A stretch of DNA of 62,180 bases from Rhynchobatus australiae. Lineage: Eukaryota. The stretch lies in the NCBI GenBank assembly GCA_034780895.1, contig JAUZTB010000076.1:99018333-99080512 (forward strand), read 5' to 3'. The stretch's first letter is position 1. Every line of letters begins with the position of its first letter. Positions 25,496 to 38,705 of this stretch are shown one piece after another. Made by a program: the position numbers and the translations under genes. The notes below the pieces were generated by a model. It was not told the DNA's origin. It worked only from the letters and a program-made list of their open reading frames with translations, and did no database searches.

Positions 25496-25565
25496 TTTAC
25501 AGTGCTGATGTGGCTGCTTACGTATGTCGGTGCCTTGTTTAATGGGTTGACTCTGCTGATAATAG
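25496..25565 (+). CDS. RTN4: RTN4 RHD exon (70 nt)
   Basis: attttag|TTTACAGTG...ATAATAG|gtaagc; FTVLMWLLTYVGALFNGLTLLII. Confidence 0.96.
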
Positions 25566-26296
25566 GTAAGCTTTACCTTTACTCTGAATATATTTCTATT
25601 CCTCCATTGCACTCACTAGAGGCATTCTATTAACTTTTATATTTAGATTTAAGTGTGAACAGTTAGAGACATACAGTTAAAATACATTAGCAGAACACCC
25701 TGCCCTTTTATCTTTCTTGAAACTAAAACTTTTGTGGTAGTATTTTGTAAGTGTGAATTTCATTTGTGAAACAATGTATTCCTAAATTTTTTGTTTACTT
25801 GGTTGCCCTTAACACATGCAAAGGTTGCCTCTGCTTAGGATCTTGGTCCACATGCTGCTCAAGCCTTGCTATGTTTTTGCCACCTCTGGACATGGTTATT
25901 GATATTAGCTGGAAGCATTTTTGAGTTTTCAGTTGTGCTTTAAGTTGAAAAGTATTGGCACTAAATTTGCCAGCTCAGCTTAATATCTTACAATCTGAGG
26001 CTTGTGTTGTGACTTGAATCTAATCTCTAGGTCATTCAATTTAGCAGGAAAGGATCTTGATCATGTTGTTTAAGCATGTCTTCATCATGAGCAAGAAAAA
26101 CAGCATCTGAATCCACTCTGAAGATACAAAATTAGTACAGAAACTGCTGAAGATTAAAGTAGTGATTGCCTTATGTTAAAGGGAAAAAAAGATATATTTG
26201 TATAATGGCTTTTTAACATGAAAAATTTCCTTTAGGTTTTAAAATGCTGTGTACAGTTTTAGACACTAAAGGAATGAACTTTTGTTATCCCTCTAG

Positions 26297-26343
26297 CTCT
26301 GGTAGCGGTTTTCAGCATTCCGGTTGTTTATGAAAGGCACCAG
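26297..26343 (+). CDS. RTN4: RTN4 RHD exon (47 nt)
   Basis: cctctag|CTCTGGTA...CACCAG|gtgagt; (A)LVAVFSIPVVYERHQ. Confidence 0.96.
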
Positions 26344-27846
26344 GTGAGTGTCTAAAATTTGCTTTTCATCTGCAGATTGAGTATTAAAATTTACAAAATG
26401 GATGTGGTAATGTCATCCTGGCATTGACAGAATTTGCATTCAGAAAAGGTTACGTAGATGAGGATAAATTGGGTCTTGTATTTTGAGTGTTAACTGGCTT
26501 ACTGGTTTTGATGTACTGCAATTTATGGATATACTGTCTTGCACCTAATCTCTGCTGTTGGCATGGCTGCCACTGGTCTGTTTTATTGATTTCTGGTAGC
26601 CAGCTAATATAAGATTTGGTTTAATTTAATTGCAAAAGACATCACTGGATACAGTAAATGGCAAGACTTTTTAAAATTTGTCTCTGAGCAATCTCTATAC
26701 AGTCCCTGTGGGCTTTTGTTAGCCATACTCAAGTGCTCTGCCTCATTCCTTTGTGTTGGATTGCCTCAATTGTTAGGATTTTTGTTTCTGGATCTCAAGC
26801 AGATTTATTTGAAGGAGATTGCATAAGATCTCACTTTGGAGTGGGCTCATCCCGTTCCAGTGATTTAGATAAGTCTCATTTTTTTAAAGGTACCTGCAGA
26901 ATCAGAACATAGTTACTGAATTAACCTCTGCTTAATCAGAAGTGTTATTTGTGGTAACTCTAGGCTTGGATGATATTTCTTTCGGGAGGTATTACAATGA
27001 ATCTCTTAGAATCTTGCAGTAGTCAGTCCTAAAAGTTAAGGCAATTAGAATTCAGAAAATAAATTGTTCACTGCAGGACTAATCAAGTTAAAGTAGTGGG
27101 GAAAAATAGCTGTTGCTTTATGGAGCATTCATTTCAAATGCTTTGTTCATTTATGAAAATGTCAATGTTTAATATTGTACAGCTAACAACCTGACCTGAG
27201 TTGCTCAGTTTTTGCACAATGATTACACTGAATTGAAGAGCTTGAAACTTAATCATGTCTGATGAGATAATTGGCTGCAAGTCAATTGTGCTGCTACTGC
27301 TGGATTGGTTGTTTTTTCTAAAAGACAGAGTGAGTTTTTGCCTAAAAAGAACTTGCACTTTTGATGAAGGATTCCATCATCATTATTATCCAGGGATTGC
27401 AGCAAAAGAAAGTGAAATAGCATCTTTGGTGTTGAATTTGGTTGTTTTTGTATTTTTAAAATTGGCTGTAGAAGCTGAAGTGGTTCTTGAACATATTCCC
27501 CATGTGCTGCAAGTCATGTACTGTTTTACTGTCCTGACCCAGTCCTTATGTTCTCAGAAATAATTCGATTTTTTGAATCGCTTTTCACGTGGCCATGTAA
27601 TTCAGTCTGTTTTAACTTGTTACTTGTATCTGTTTTCATATTTGTTCTTGGCTACATTGGAATAAGAATTGATGATTTTTTTCTGGTGGTTTGTTCCTCT
27701 CCCTTATCACCCCCCACCCCACCCCAATAAAAAGCTTCCTGCTGTCTCAAGGTAATCTGTACAGGAAGACTGATTAACTGGAACTGTATAGTTTAGTTCT
27801 GAAGGATGCACTTAAATGATATTAATATGAATTTATTTCTTTTTAG

Positions 27847-27905
27847 GCTCAAATTGATCATTACATAGGGATAGTAAGCAAACAAATTAAAGATGTCACT
27901 ACTAA
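27847..27905 (+). CDS. RTN4: RTN4 RHD exon (59 nt)
   Basis: tttttag|GCTCAAATT...ACTAA|gtaagt; AQIDHYIGIVSKQIKDVTT. Confidence 0.96.
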
Positions 27906-29234
27906 GTAAGTATGTGGAAATTTGGAAATAGTAATTACTTGCAACTGTGTTGCTTTTTCTGTGGCTAACAATGCTCTGTTTTCCTTCCTGCCCATCACTT
28001 CATTCAAGGTGTTTACATGGAGCATGACTCTTAAGTTGAAATGCCAAACGTGAATATAGCACAGGTGTCCTTAATATTTAATTTTTCCTTGGAGTTGGAA
28101 AAATTATGTCAGTCACGTAACCAACCTTTTACAAAGTTGAACAGTTGCACACTTAGAGCATCTGCTCCTTGACTTGGAACACCTTAAGATATGTGAACAT
28201 GAAGTTAACTAGTTTGAAATTCCTGGCATCTGACAAACAACTTTGCAAAATTCTCCACAAGGGATATTTGTGATGCATTTGGTTTTTGAGCATCTATCTC
28301 ATTGGAAGCCTTCTCAGTGTTCCTTTATGGTTGATTATCATAAAAAGCATTTTATTATATGATGTGCATCTACATCAGTATAATTTTTAGAGATTAGGAT
28401 GTCAAACAGCTAGCAACTGAATTTGGAAAGTTCCTTTTTCTTGTAGTCAGCTGAACGAGACCTTTCAAAAGGAAATGACAGTTGTGATACATGATAAAAA
28501 TTTTACTTTGTAGCATAAATACATCATTTACATATAACCAAACACTCATTTTCTGAGTTCAACTATATCCTTTGTTGTCCATGATTATACAGCCTATTAC
28601 CTTAAACATAGTTTGTCANNNNNNNNNNNNNNNNNNNNNNNNNNNNNNNNNNNNNNNNNNNNNNNNNNNNNNNNNNNNNNNNNNNNNNNNNNNNNNNNNN
28701 NNNNNNNNNNNNNNNNNNNNNNNNNNNNNNNNNNNNNNNNNNNNNNNNNNNNNNNNNNNNNNNNNNNNNNNNNNNNNNNNNNNNNNNNNNNNNNNNNNNN
28801 NNNNNNNNNNNNNNNNNNNNNNNNNNNNNNNNNNNNNNNNNNNNNNNNNNNNNNNNNNNNNNNNNNNNNNNNNNNNNNNNNNNNNNNNNNNNNNNNNNNN
28901 NNNNNNNNNNNNNNNNNNNNNNNNNNNNNNNNNNNNNNNNNNNNNNNNNNNNNNNNNNNNNNNNNNNNNNNNNNNNNNNNNNNNNNNNGGCTGGATCAAT
29001 CATTTATTTCCTCCTATTCCATATTGTTTCCTTGTGAAGATTATTCAGTTTAGTCTTTGTCTGAACTGGTTTTGATCACAATTGATTTTTGGCAACTTTT
29101 TTTTGCTGCTTTGGTAGCTGTTACCACATAAGTTAAAACACCATACCTATGGCTTAAGAGGCCAGTATTTATAACAAACATTTTCATTCACAGTGTTCCA
29201 ATTTTTAAATTAAACGATTTTTTTCTCATTTTAG

Positions 29235-29277
29235 GATTCAAGCTAAAGTTCCTGGACTGAAGAAGAAAACGGAGTAG
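29235..29277 (+). CDS. RTN4: RTN4 terminal coding exon with dilysine ER-retrieval motif
   Basis: attttag|G ATT CAA GCT AAA GTT CCT GGA CTG AAG AAG AAA ACG GAG TAG = (K)IQAKVPGLKKKTE*. Spliced CDS totals 582 nt = 193 aa + stop. Confidence 0.96.
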
Positions 29278-30086
29278 TATCCTGTACTGTGGTTCATGGC
29301 ATGTTGACTGCAGGGAGGGTTGGGAAGAACAAAATAGCCTTGGAACTGCAGTGCAATTTGCAAATCTTCTACATTTGGTAGTAACAAACTGTGTTTAACT
29401 GCAGTTATGATCTATTATTATCACAAATACTAACGTAAGAAATTTGAATTCAGTTTATTTATCTGATTTGGTACAGAGAACACTGGTTTGTATTAAAGAT
29501 TTGAGAAGCTGTATATTGCACTTGTCAGGGTTAGTGTCTTATGTGTAACAAATCATGGTGCAGTAGGAGTTTTGAGTATTCCCACCCTCCACCCTACCCC
29601 CAGTTTGCACACTGTAGAATCTATGCTGTGAGGTTGTTGCAAATTTCTAACCCCTGATCATATTTACTGTACCATTTTAGTGATGTTTGAGGTCTTGCTT
29701 TTTCTGACTGAAACCCTTCGCTGTATTAAAATTTTACTGTTTTAACAATTACCCAGTTAGTGTTTCACAAAACTACAGAGTTGATTTCATCAGCTCCAGT
29801 GCTTGATGTTTGAGTTATCTGCATTTTAAATATGAATCCAGTGCTGAAACATGCAGAATATTACATTAATCTCAACATTAATGTACAACTCATCCTTTTC
29901 ATCTATAGCAACAATGGTATGAACAATAGCAAAAACTTAGCTGTACTGCTGATTATTTGTGGACTGTGGTCAATGCTACAAATAAATGTAACTTGGAAAT
30001 TTCAAGCATTGTCTGATGCACAAATGAGGCAATGAACATTGCATTGTAAATTGGCTCAGGCTTTCACCTGGGGGAATGCAGTGTGG

Positions 30087-30102
30087 AATAAAAATGAATA
30101 AA
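30087..30102 (+). terminator. RTN4: RTN4 polyadenylation signals (tandem AATAAA)
   Basis: AATAAA at 30087-30092 and 30097-30102, followed by a U-rich tract at ~30118-30145; implies a ~830-nt 3' UTR. Confidence 0.8.
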
Positions 30103-31214
30103 GCTTACAAATGGATTCTTTGAATTTTTTTTCTACCTATATTTTCAGGGAATTGGTCATCATCTATGCCTGTCATAACTGAAAATATTTTGCCCCATAC
30201 AGCCATGTTAAATATCATCACTTAACCTGTCATTCCAAAGTCACAATCAGTGCTAGAGGGACAGGAACTCAAGGAGAGACTTGATTTATACAGAGGCTAC
30301 CAGATTAATAGCTATACTGGTACTGTAATACAAGGGGTTATGGTACAGCATCAGGCTCCATAGTCTGTGCCATAACGCATTACTTGAATTGTAAAACACC
30401 ATGTACTAGTTAATTCTGTGTAATTAACCAGGCACAAATGCTACAATAGGGAGAGGCCAGATGTCTCTGTTGAAGTCCCTAATGTTAATCTGCTGCATCA
30501 TGCCTATCATCTAGGCAGTGAAGATGAGCTTGGAACATTATTGCCACTGTCACATATTTTAGCTGGGAGGTCCAGGATTCCAGCTGGACAGTTTCAAAAC
30601 TAGGTGGAATGTTGAGGAATCAATCTTCATCAATTCACTTATCATTTCCTCTTGAAGTCATTGATGATCCAATTGGTCATAAATTCTCACTGTTCTAGCT
30701 TGGCAAAGTTGCTCTTCCTTAGACTTCAATTCTGAATTTTGTCAACTTGTTTATTAGCTTCACTTCATGCCTCATCCAGCACTAGCAACAGGCCAACAAG
30801 AGCCAATCAAAGCAATGCATGTACACTGGCACTGAAGTATAGCCTTTGCTTCTGGGCAGAGCAATAGCTGCACATGACTGTCAGCACATGTGCAAACTGC
30901 CAACCTTATGAGCTGTTATTCTGTACAATTATCTTTTGTGTGGGACCTTTTTTAAAAGGACTTAAGTACTACAATCACTGGGTTTCTCTTACCTCAAAAA
31001 AGATTGTGGTCAAAGCATAGTAGGGCAAGTCTCTCACTGAGATCCACATGAATCTGCCAGCAGCAAAATGTTGAAGCACAACCTTTTGCTCACAAGAGTA
31101 CCAACTGCAGTACACCTGTACTCTTAACTAAAAATTTTGCAGCTGAGAAGCTAGCATCGGGTTTAACCTGGAACAAGTGCAGCGATGCAATTAAAATGAA
31201 CAGGAGAAATAAGC

Positions 31215-31420
31215 TGCTAGGAGAAAGGAAAGTGATCATAAAAGCTGAAAATGCCCAGAGTCTTTGGGCCATAGACCCTTCATTAGAACCAATTTCAAAA
31301 GCAAATCTGAAAAGGTCTTCAACCTAAAACAGTGACTTCTCTTCCCAAAAAAGCAGCCTGACCGGCTCAGTGTTTCCAGTAATTTGTTTCAGATTTCAGC
31401 ATTTGCAATTTTCATTTCTT
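31215..31420. mobile_element. Divergently paired Penelope pLTR-derived tails with two decayed hammerhead cores
   Basis: Minus: CTAATGA-agggtctatggccc-aaag (31263-31286). Plus: CTGAaaaggtcttcaacct-AAAAC (31307-31330), then gcagcctgaccggctcagtgtttccag, the same family as 13455-13680. Confidence 0.6.
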
Positions 31421-34400
31421 TTGTGTATAAACAAGTAATATTTCTTAAGTCTTTTGATTTTAAGCAGAATGATTTTGAGTATTTGATACAACACATTTAA
31501 TAATTTGACAGCCAGTGAATCTGGATAGGGTCTCCTCAGCTGTTAAAGCCATTTTGGTCAGTGCAGACAATAATTATCCTTTCTCTCTATTTTCACCATG
31601 GTCTTTGTTACTATATCCTTAAAATTATTTCAGCAGATTCCCAACCACTGATGTCAGGGTAATTAGTCTTATTTCCCTATTTTCTTCCCCTTTCTCTTTA
31701 AAAAGTAGTTATTTCTGTCTTCTAACTGAGCTTTGGAAGATCACCTCTGCTGTATCCACTATTTCTGAAGCCAACTCTATCCCTATAAAAGGTAGGACAT
31801 CCAGTCAAGGGTATTTGTAAACTCTTAGGCCCTTAATATAGTTAAGAAAATTTTTGTTGGTTTTGCACTATTTGTGATATTATTGTGGCTTCTACAATGA
31901 TAAATTCAATGTTTACTCTCTCAACCATTCGCTGAATTAGAAGTTTGCCTACCTCTGCCTTTGAGATTGTTTATTTTCATTACTTTTACATGCTTGAAGG
32001 AGCTTACACTTAGATTTTTTAAATTAAGAAACTGAGTGTTGTTTGCACCAAAAACAATAAATTACTTACTTTAATGTGGAGCCTAGAGGTGCCGCACTCT
32101 TATAAAAATAGGACTCAATTTGGAGTGAGTCTCTGGCTGAAGTCTTTGATTGTGTGGTCCAAGCACTGTTGACTTCACTTTGGTTTCTGTCACCGAACTA
32201 CTTCTCAATTTTCCAAATCCCTGGAATACTCAGCAGAAAAGTCAGAATAAATGGCTCATTTTTATTTTGGCAGTCTGTGACTATCAGAGTGCCAGTGGAC
32301 CAGTGTCGGGCATTAACTGTTTACTATTATTAATAGCCAAGATGAAAGATTATAGTATAGGATAGCCAAATTTGCAGATGATACAAGGATATCTGCTGAC
32401 AACACAAGATAGATAGGTTAAGCCAGTGGCAACAATTTGGAAGTACACTATATTTTGGGGAAAGTTGAGGTTTACCATGTTGGTAGAAAACAGAAAAACA
32501 ATGTTATTTGAATGGCTGGAGCCTACATAATACGGCTATAGAGATGTGTGTCTTTGTACATGCAACAAAGTTAATGCCAAATGGTTGGCTTTTATTGAGA
32601 AGAAAAATGTACAAGACTTGTTACAACATCAGTGACACCTCCACCTGCAANNNNNNNNNNNNNNNNNNNNNNNNNNNNNNNNNNNNNNNNNNNNNNNNNN
32701 NNNNNNNNNNNNNNNNNNNNNNNNNNNNNNNNNNNNNNNNNNNNNNNNNNNNNNNNNNNNNNNNNNNNNNNNNNNNNNNNNNNNNNNNNNNNNNNNNNNN
32801 NNNNNNNNNNNNNNNNNNNNNNNNNNNNNNNNATAGGCAGATCAGTCATGATCTTGTTGAATGACAGAACAGATTCAGAGGGGGATATGGCCGACTCTGG
32901 CTTTTATTCCTAATGTTCTTTTGCATCTATTTTTAAATTGGCGCTATTCAATTTGACATATTTCTATTGTTTGTTTTATTTCCCACTATCAGCAACATGA
33001 ATTGGCTACAAATAATGTTGCATTTTTTTAAAAAACTAATTGCATTTTTAATTTGATAAAAGTATTTTGTTTTATTGGTTGTTAGATATATTCATACCAA
33101 AACATTAAAAATTAAACAATGACTTCATTTTTGTATAAAAGAAACTGACCACACTTTTGGATAAAATTTGTTGCTACATTAGCGACACTTGAATTATGTT
33201 ACTTCATTTAAGCCCAAACAATTGATTCTTATTAATTAAAAAATAATTTCATGCATGATGCAGTTTCTTAATATACATTATATTACAACCATTATTTTAC
33301 AGTGTATAACAAATTTATCAATGATATATTTGCAATTTAAAAATCAAATAGAAAAATGTAAGAATTATGTTTTTCAAAATGAATCAAAAATTAGTTTTTT
33401 CACTATTTCATTTAGGTACTTAATTTCCATGGATATAATATTGCTATTTTATTATTCTACTATATAAAAACATGTCAATGTCTTGATAATTGTACCTATT
33501 TGCATACATCAAAAAAATCCTCAAAATTATCAAATATTGAAAGACAGAAGAATTAAGCACAAATACACACTGTAAATAATACAAACACTTCAATAAAATT
33601 ATTATTAATCTGATTGTTATGAAGCACTACTATCAAACCACCATGCTAGTGGCTAAACTGCATAGTGAGCTTTGGCTTGCTGAATTTAAACACCTAATTG
33701 AATAGTCCACTCTCACACTCAAACATTATAAGGCAACACTTCTTGAATGGTGAATATCTTGTAAAGCTGAAATGTGTTAGTGCACTAAAGATGCTGAAAG
33801 ATATTCGATTGCTTTCTATCCAAACTGGAATTAAACTTTCATAGAAGACTCCATACAGAAGGGCATTGTACTATGGCCAAAACATTATTAATTATATACA
33901 TTGACACTGAAAATCAGATTAATTTTGTCCAGAATTGAGGGGTCATATAATTTGTATTTTTTAAACTTCTGACAGGCCTCACAAATAAATACTTTCTTGT
34001 GTATTTACTTCTTGGATTAGAAGTTAAAATACTATACCTATGCAGTTAATATTTGCCATTTATGTAGAATTCCCTATTAAGCAATAAATAACTTGCAGCT
34101 GATACATTATTGTCNNNNNNNNNNNNNNNNAGAGATCGCAGCCAATGCAGGAGCCTGTGAGAGAATTATCTTTCAATTGGAATATTTGACTATTGCTGGA
34201 AGTATTGAAGTCTGATCATTTAAAAACCAAATTCAAAGTAGGACATTGCCCTAAGCTTCATTTCAATATTCCTAAAATCAATAGCACCATGTATGGTTGA
34301 TATTTATATTGCAAAACTAAATCAATGGGTAATTGTATATAGAATTGTACAAAGGCACTTGTGCAAAGAATTTCCCAAGTCATGGTCATGATTCATTAGT

Positions 34401-35229
34401 GAAAAATCATTGAAATACAAGTAATGTACAAATAAAACCATGGCAATAGAAAAAAAACAGCTTCACAGACACAACAGCAGTCTGGGGTTGTGCTACCTTT
34501 TTAGAATTGTTAAAGGAATTCTTTAATGCACAATGCTGGCACATTATTTGGAAATACAGTTTTAGGTATATGGTACTTTCTGCTAAGGTGTAAAATCATT
34601 ACACATAGAGCACTGTGGCACAGAAATAGGCCCTTCAGCCCATCTAGTCCATGCCAACCTGATCTACCTACAATTGCTTTAGCAGATATTTCTCAGGGTA
34701 TGTATTAATATTTTGTAGTATTTTCTTGCACAATAACAAAGGATTATCTATCGCAAGAGGAAATGGAGTAAAAAAAATCACTCTTCAATAGTCTGCAGTG
34801 TTTTTACAACCTTATTTTGCTTTAGATTTCTTTTCAAAGAATTAAAATGATTATAACCATAATGTTGTGGCTGAATAACATTCTATCAGTGCACAGGAAT
34901 ATTAATTTAATTGTTGCAAGTTAGTTTCAATCCATTTGATTTTAAGAACACAAACCAAACTTTTATCAATTGACCAGCTAGATGTTTCTTAAATCACAGA
35001 ATAGTTTAAACACAGATGGCCATTTGGCCTATTAAAGCCCATACTGGCTTATTGCAAGATCAATCCAACTAGTTCCTCTCCCTGTAACTCTGGAAATTCT
35101 TTCCTTGCAGCCAGAGCTCATGACCACATATGTGGCTTGGGTTTGTAGCCAGAGTCAGGGATTGGGCAAGTGTGCAGGTGGAGCACACTTGTGGGTAATT
35201 ATTCAGCTTACGGCAATTACACTTTAGAA

Positions 35230-35610
35230 CTAAAGTTATCCCAACTGCAGTTGTTCAAACTGCAGTCTGCAGATGAGGCTTGCATTTGCTGCACACAGTG
35301 GCCTGCTGACTTGTTCACTGAAGCCTACAAGAGTGGGCCTAACACTCAACATGTGCAAGACAAAGGTTCTCTACCAACTGTTCCTCCTGCACCTCTAACT
35401 ATAACAGTTCAGGGCAAGACCCTGGAAAACATGGACTACCCATATTTGGGGGTTACCTTTTGACGAAGGCAGACATGGGTGTAAAATTCACTATCACTTT
35501 CAATGCAACAGCACACCATTTGAAGAAAATAGTGTTTGGATATCAAGACCTTAGCCCTGGCTCAAAATTCATGGTTTATCAGATGGTAATAATTCCTACA
35601 ATCCCATGTG
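35230..35610 (+). mobile_element. RTE-clade LINE reverse transcriptase fragment
   Basis: LQSADEACIC (decayed YADD), FTEAY, TITVQGKTLENMDYPYLG. Confidence 0.6.
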
Positions 35611-35614
35611 GGCT

Positions 35615-36062
35615 GAGGCAAGTATAGGAAAGGTGTCATTAAGCTGGAAAGAGTGCAAAGAAGATTTACAAGAAATGTTGCCAGGACTCGAGGGCCTGGA
35701 TTATAGGCAGAGGTGGGGCAGGCTAGGACTTCATTCCTTGGAGCTCAGGAGACTGATGGGTGACCCTGTAGAGGTGTATAAAATCATGATGGGCATAGAT
35801 TGGGTGAATGCACACAATCTTTTTCCTCAGAGAAAGGCAATCAAGAACTAGAGGGAATAAGGTTAAGGTAAGAAAGGAAAGATTTAAAAGGAACATAAGG
35901 GGCAACTTCTTCACTCAGAGGATAGTGTGTATATGAAACCAACTGCCAGAGAGAGTGGCTGAGGCAGGTACAATAACAAAATTTAAAAGACACTTGGACA
36001 TGTACCTGGATAAGAAAGGTTTAGAGTGATGTGTGCCAAATGCAGGCAAATGAAACTAGTTC
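35615..36062 (+). mobile_element. CR1-type LINE 3' end
   Basis: MLPGLEGLDYRQRWGRLGLHSLELRRLMGDPVEVYKIMMGID; 'ggggcaacttcttcactcagagg' tail motif. Confidence 0.85.
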
Positions 36063-37372
36063 ATTTTGGCTCATATCACCCTGGAACTATAATTGATAGG
36101 CTTAAGGTGGTTGGTAGTTATGTTCCAAAACTGTAATTGATGAGGGCTTAGTAGTGACTTCCTCTCCTTCCATTTCAGCCCAATCTCCTACCTGCTGAAG
36201 GCTTCAGTTAGGACTGAAGAATTTTATAAAATTTGCCTTCTTTGGGGTTCCTTACCCCTTTCATCTGGTCACAGATCCCTTTGCTTTGCACTGGTGATCC
36301 CACTGCAACAATACCAAATTTTCCCATGTTAGCAAAAGGTGGCTGCTTCTTGGTACAGAACTAGCTGGGTGTCAATCCTGCATGTCAAATTATCCTGGAC
36401 CATGAAAATGGATTCAGGATTACNNNNNNNNNNNNNNNNNNNNNNNNNNNNNNNNNNNNNNNNNNNNNNNNNNNNNNNNNNNNNNNNNNNNNNNNNNNNN
36501 NNNNNNNNNNNNNNNNNNNNNNNNNNNNNNNNNNNNNNNNNNNNNNNNNNNNNNNNNNNNNNNNNNNNNNNNNNNNNNNNNNNNNNNNNNNNNNNNNNNN
36601 NNNNNNNNNNNNNNNNNNNNNNNNNNNNNNNNNNNNNNNNNNNNNNNNNNNNNNNNCTTTCATAGTAAAGATAATTGCAAGATGAAATGAAGTGACTGAA
36701 AACTTACTTAGCAGCAATTTATAGCTACATATGAACCAGTCCTATTGTATTTGTGAAGCAAGCCTTTTGCACCTTTAAGAATTATACAAACCTATAAAAG
36801 CCTCTGTACCAACAAAATAATTTGTACATTCTATCTTGAATAAAAATGTACATACAAACTAAATTTAGCAATTCTTCTCTTGAGTAGAGTGAGACTGCAG
36901 TTTGCTTCAATAGCCCAGTTTTAAAATCACTCTGTGATAATCATCTCCAGAATGCAGTCGTACGTTTGGTTCAGGGGACATGCTGAGTGTCACCAAGGTC
37001 TGCAATTCCTCCCAATACATAAACACCTGCTAAAGAGGTCATTTCAAAAACCTCTATGCCAAGTGATTTTCTTTACACTCTGTATCCTGTCAATCTGTTT
37101 TATATTTTAAAGTCAAGAACCAACCATTGCACCAGTTTTGTTAGTTCTGATGCAGTCTACATTGTGTCCTCATTTTCAGCATCTTCAGTGGCATTCACAT
37201 CACAGGCTTCACAATCACAATATATGTTTTGTGGACACATGTTGATAATTTACACAAACATTTTTTTAAATATATGCACCTTTTAAGCATTTTTGCTTTC
37301 TAGCAGCCAAGTTGTTATTGAGGCATTTAGGATTCCATCTTTTGAAAGAAATAGTCACTGGATTTTTTTTCT

Positions 37373-37397
37373 TCAAAGACATCGCCAAACAAATATA
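37373..37397 (-). CDS. EML6: EML6 terminal coding exon, (S)IFVWRCL*
   Basis: tgttcgcag|T ATA TTT GTT TGG CGA TGT CTT TGA. The ...VWRCL end and RTN4 synteny favour EML6 over EML5. The ten exons total 1391 nt and are phase-consistent. Confidence 0.93.
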
Positions 37398-38603
37398 CTG
37401 CGAACAAACAAGAATAAATACCTTAATTTATTTAATTTTCCACATATGTTGAAAATAGTATATCCCTGAAGCTGGATCTTTACTGAAATAGTTGGCAAAA
37501 TGTGCAAATTGCTTTCAGCAGCTGAAAGCAAAGGCCAGATATTGACCTAGATTTTCTTCAGTTTTCCTGCAGCCTGCATTCCTCATTTCCCAGAACTTGC
37601 CTTCTCTGGATTTGGAACCTGATCACATTGGGAAGTACAGTCATGTGATGAAGCTCTGAATGGTGACAGGTCCTCAAACTGTACAAATAAATCACAAGCC
37701 AGAACAAGTCCCACCCACAAAACTCCTCTGGAAGCCTTCAGAGAGCAAAATCTCTGGTATCTGATATTCAGAAATATTTTAAAATTTAATACAGAAAAAA
37801 GAAAACTTTCTAGTTATTAAAATGCTTTCTTTAAAAATGTCCTCTTTCAAGTAAAGATGACAAACTTATTAAGCAGAACAGAAATAATTTTTAAAATTAT
37901 CTTGCCTCACACAAACAAAATGGTGTACAAAAAAAAAGGAGCAACCCTTTTCATCCTTGCAGCCCTACACTCCCAATTCAAAGGCTATGCAGGATCCAAC
38001 AGCAGATGTCCCAGTGCATGTACTGGTGAATCTCAGCAAGCTTCTGTTCTGCCTTTGGAGTCCGGCATTGGGACTTGTGCATTTGTGTGGGAATCAAAAG
38101 TTTGCAGGAGTTCATGGAACTGCTGGTGAAAAATGTCAGATCTCCTTTCAAAACAAATTCTGGAGATGTAGAGCCATAGAAAATGTATCAATATGGTTGT
38201 TTTATCTCATAAACTACATTTTAGGATACTTAATATGGAATCTTCAGGGCTACCACCATTCTTTGCAAAATTATAACCTTCATAACTTCACTACTTTTAG
38301 TTACAAGATCCTTTCTGACTTACAGAGAAAGCTGTCAATAGTTTACTGAATGTAGAGGTCTACCGAAAAATTAATTTTATGCCCTGGTGTCAATAAAAAT
38401 GTAGTTAGAAAGATGCTCAAGACTTTTGTTTGTGCAATGGAAACATTTTCTTTAATTGTTCAGAAAAGTTGAAGTGATGTTTGGGGTTGAACATGGCATT
38501 TCAATTTATTGCAAAATTATTAATATAAAATAAACCCTTGGACATCTCAGAATATAATTGAAAACTTGCTGTGTTTTAGGTACATCACATTTTCAGCATC
38601 TTA

Positions 38604-38705
<102 letters not shown>

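Larger units (their letters stand above)
33050..37372 (-). other. EML6: Probable long EML6 3' UTR with candidate poly(A) signals
   Basis: First canonical minus-strand AATAAA (plus TTTATT) seen at 33448-33453 and 33071-33076; ATTAAA variants at 34906 and 34522; AT-rich UTR-like sequence. True end unknown; gap at 36424-36656 hides part of it. Confidence 0.45.

Noticed and set aside
36905-37035. Minus-strand tttagcag acceptor as an alternative EML6 last exon
   Set aside because: Weak pyrimidine tract; in the required phase it gives a short unrelated peptide and loses the conserved VWRCL strand.
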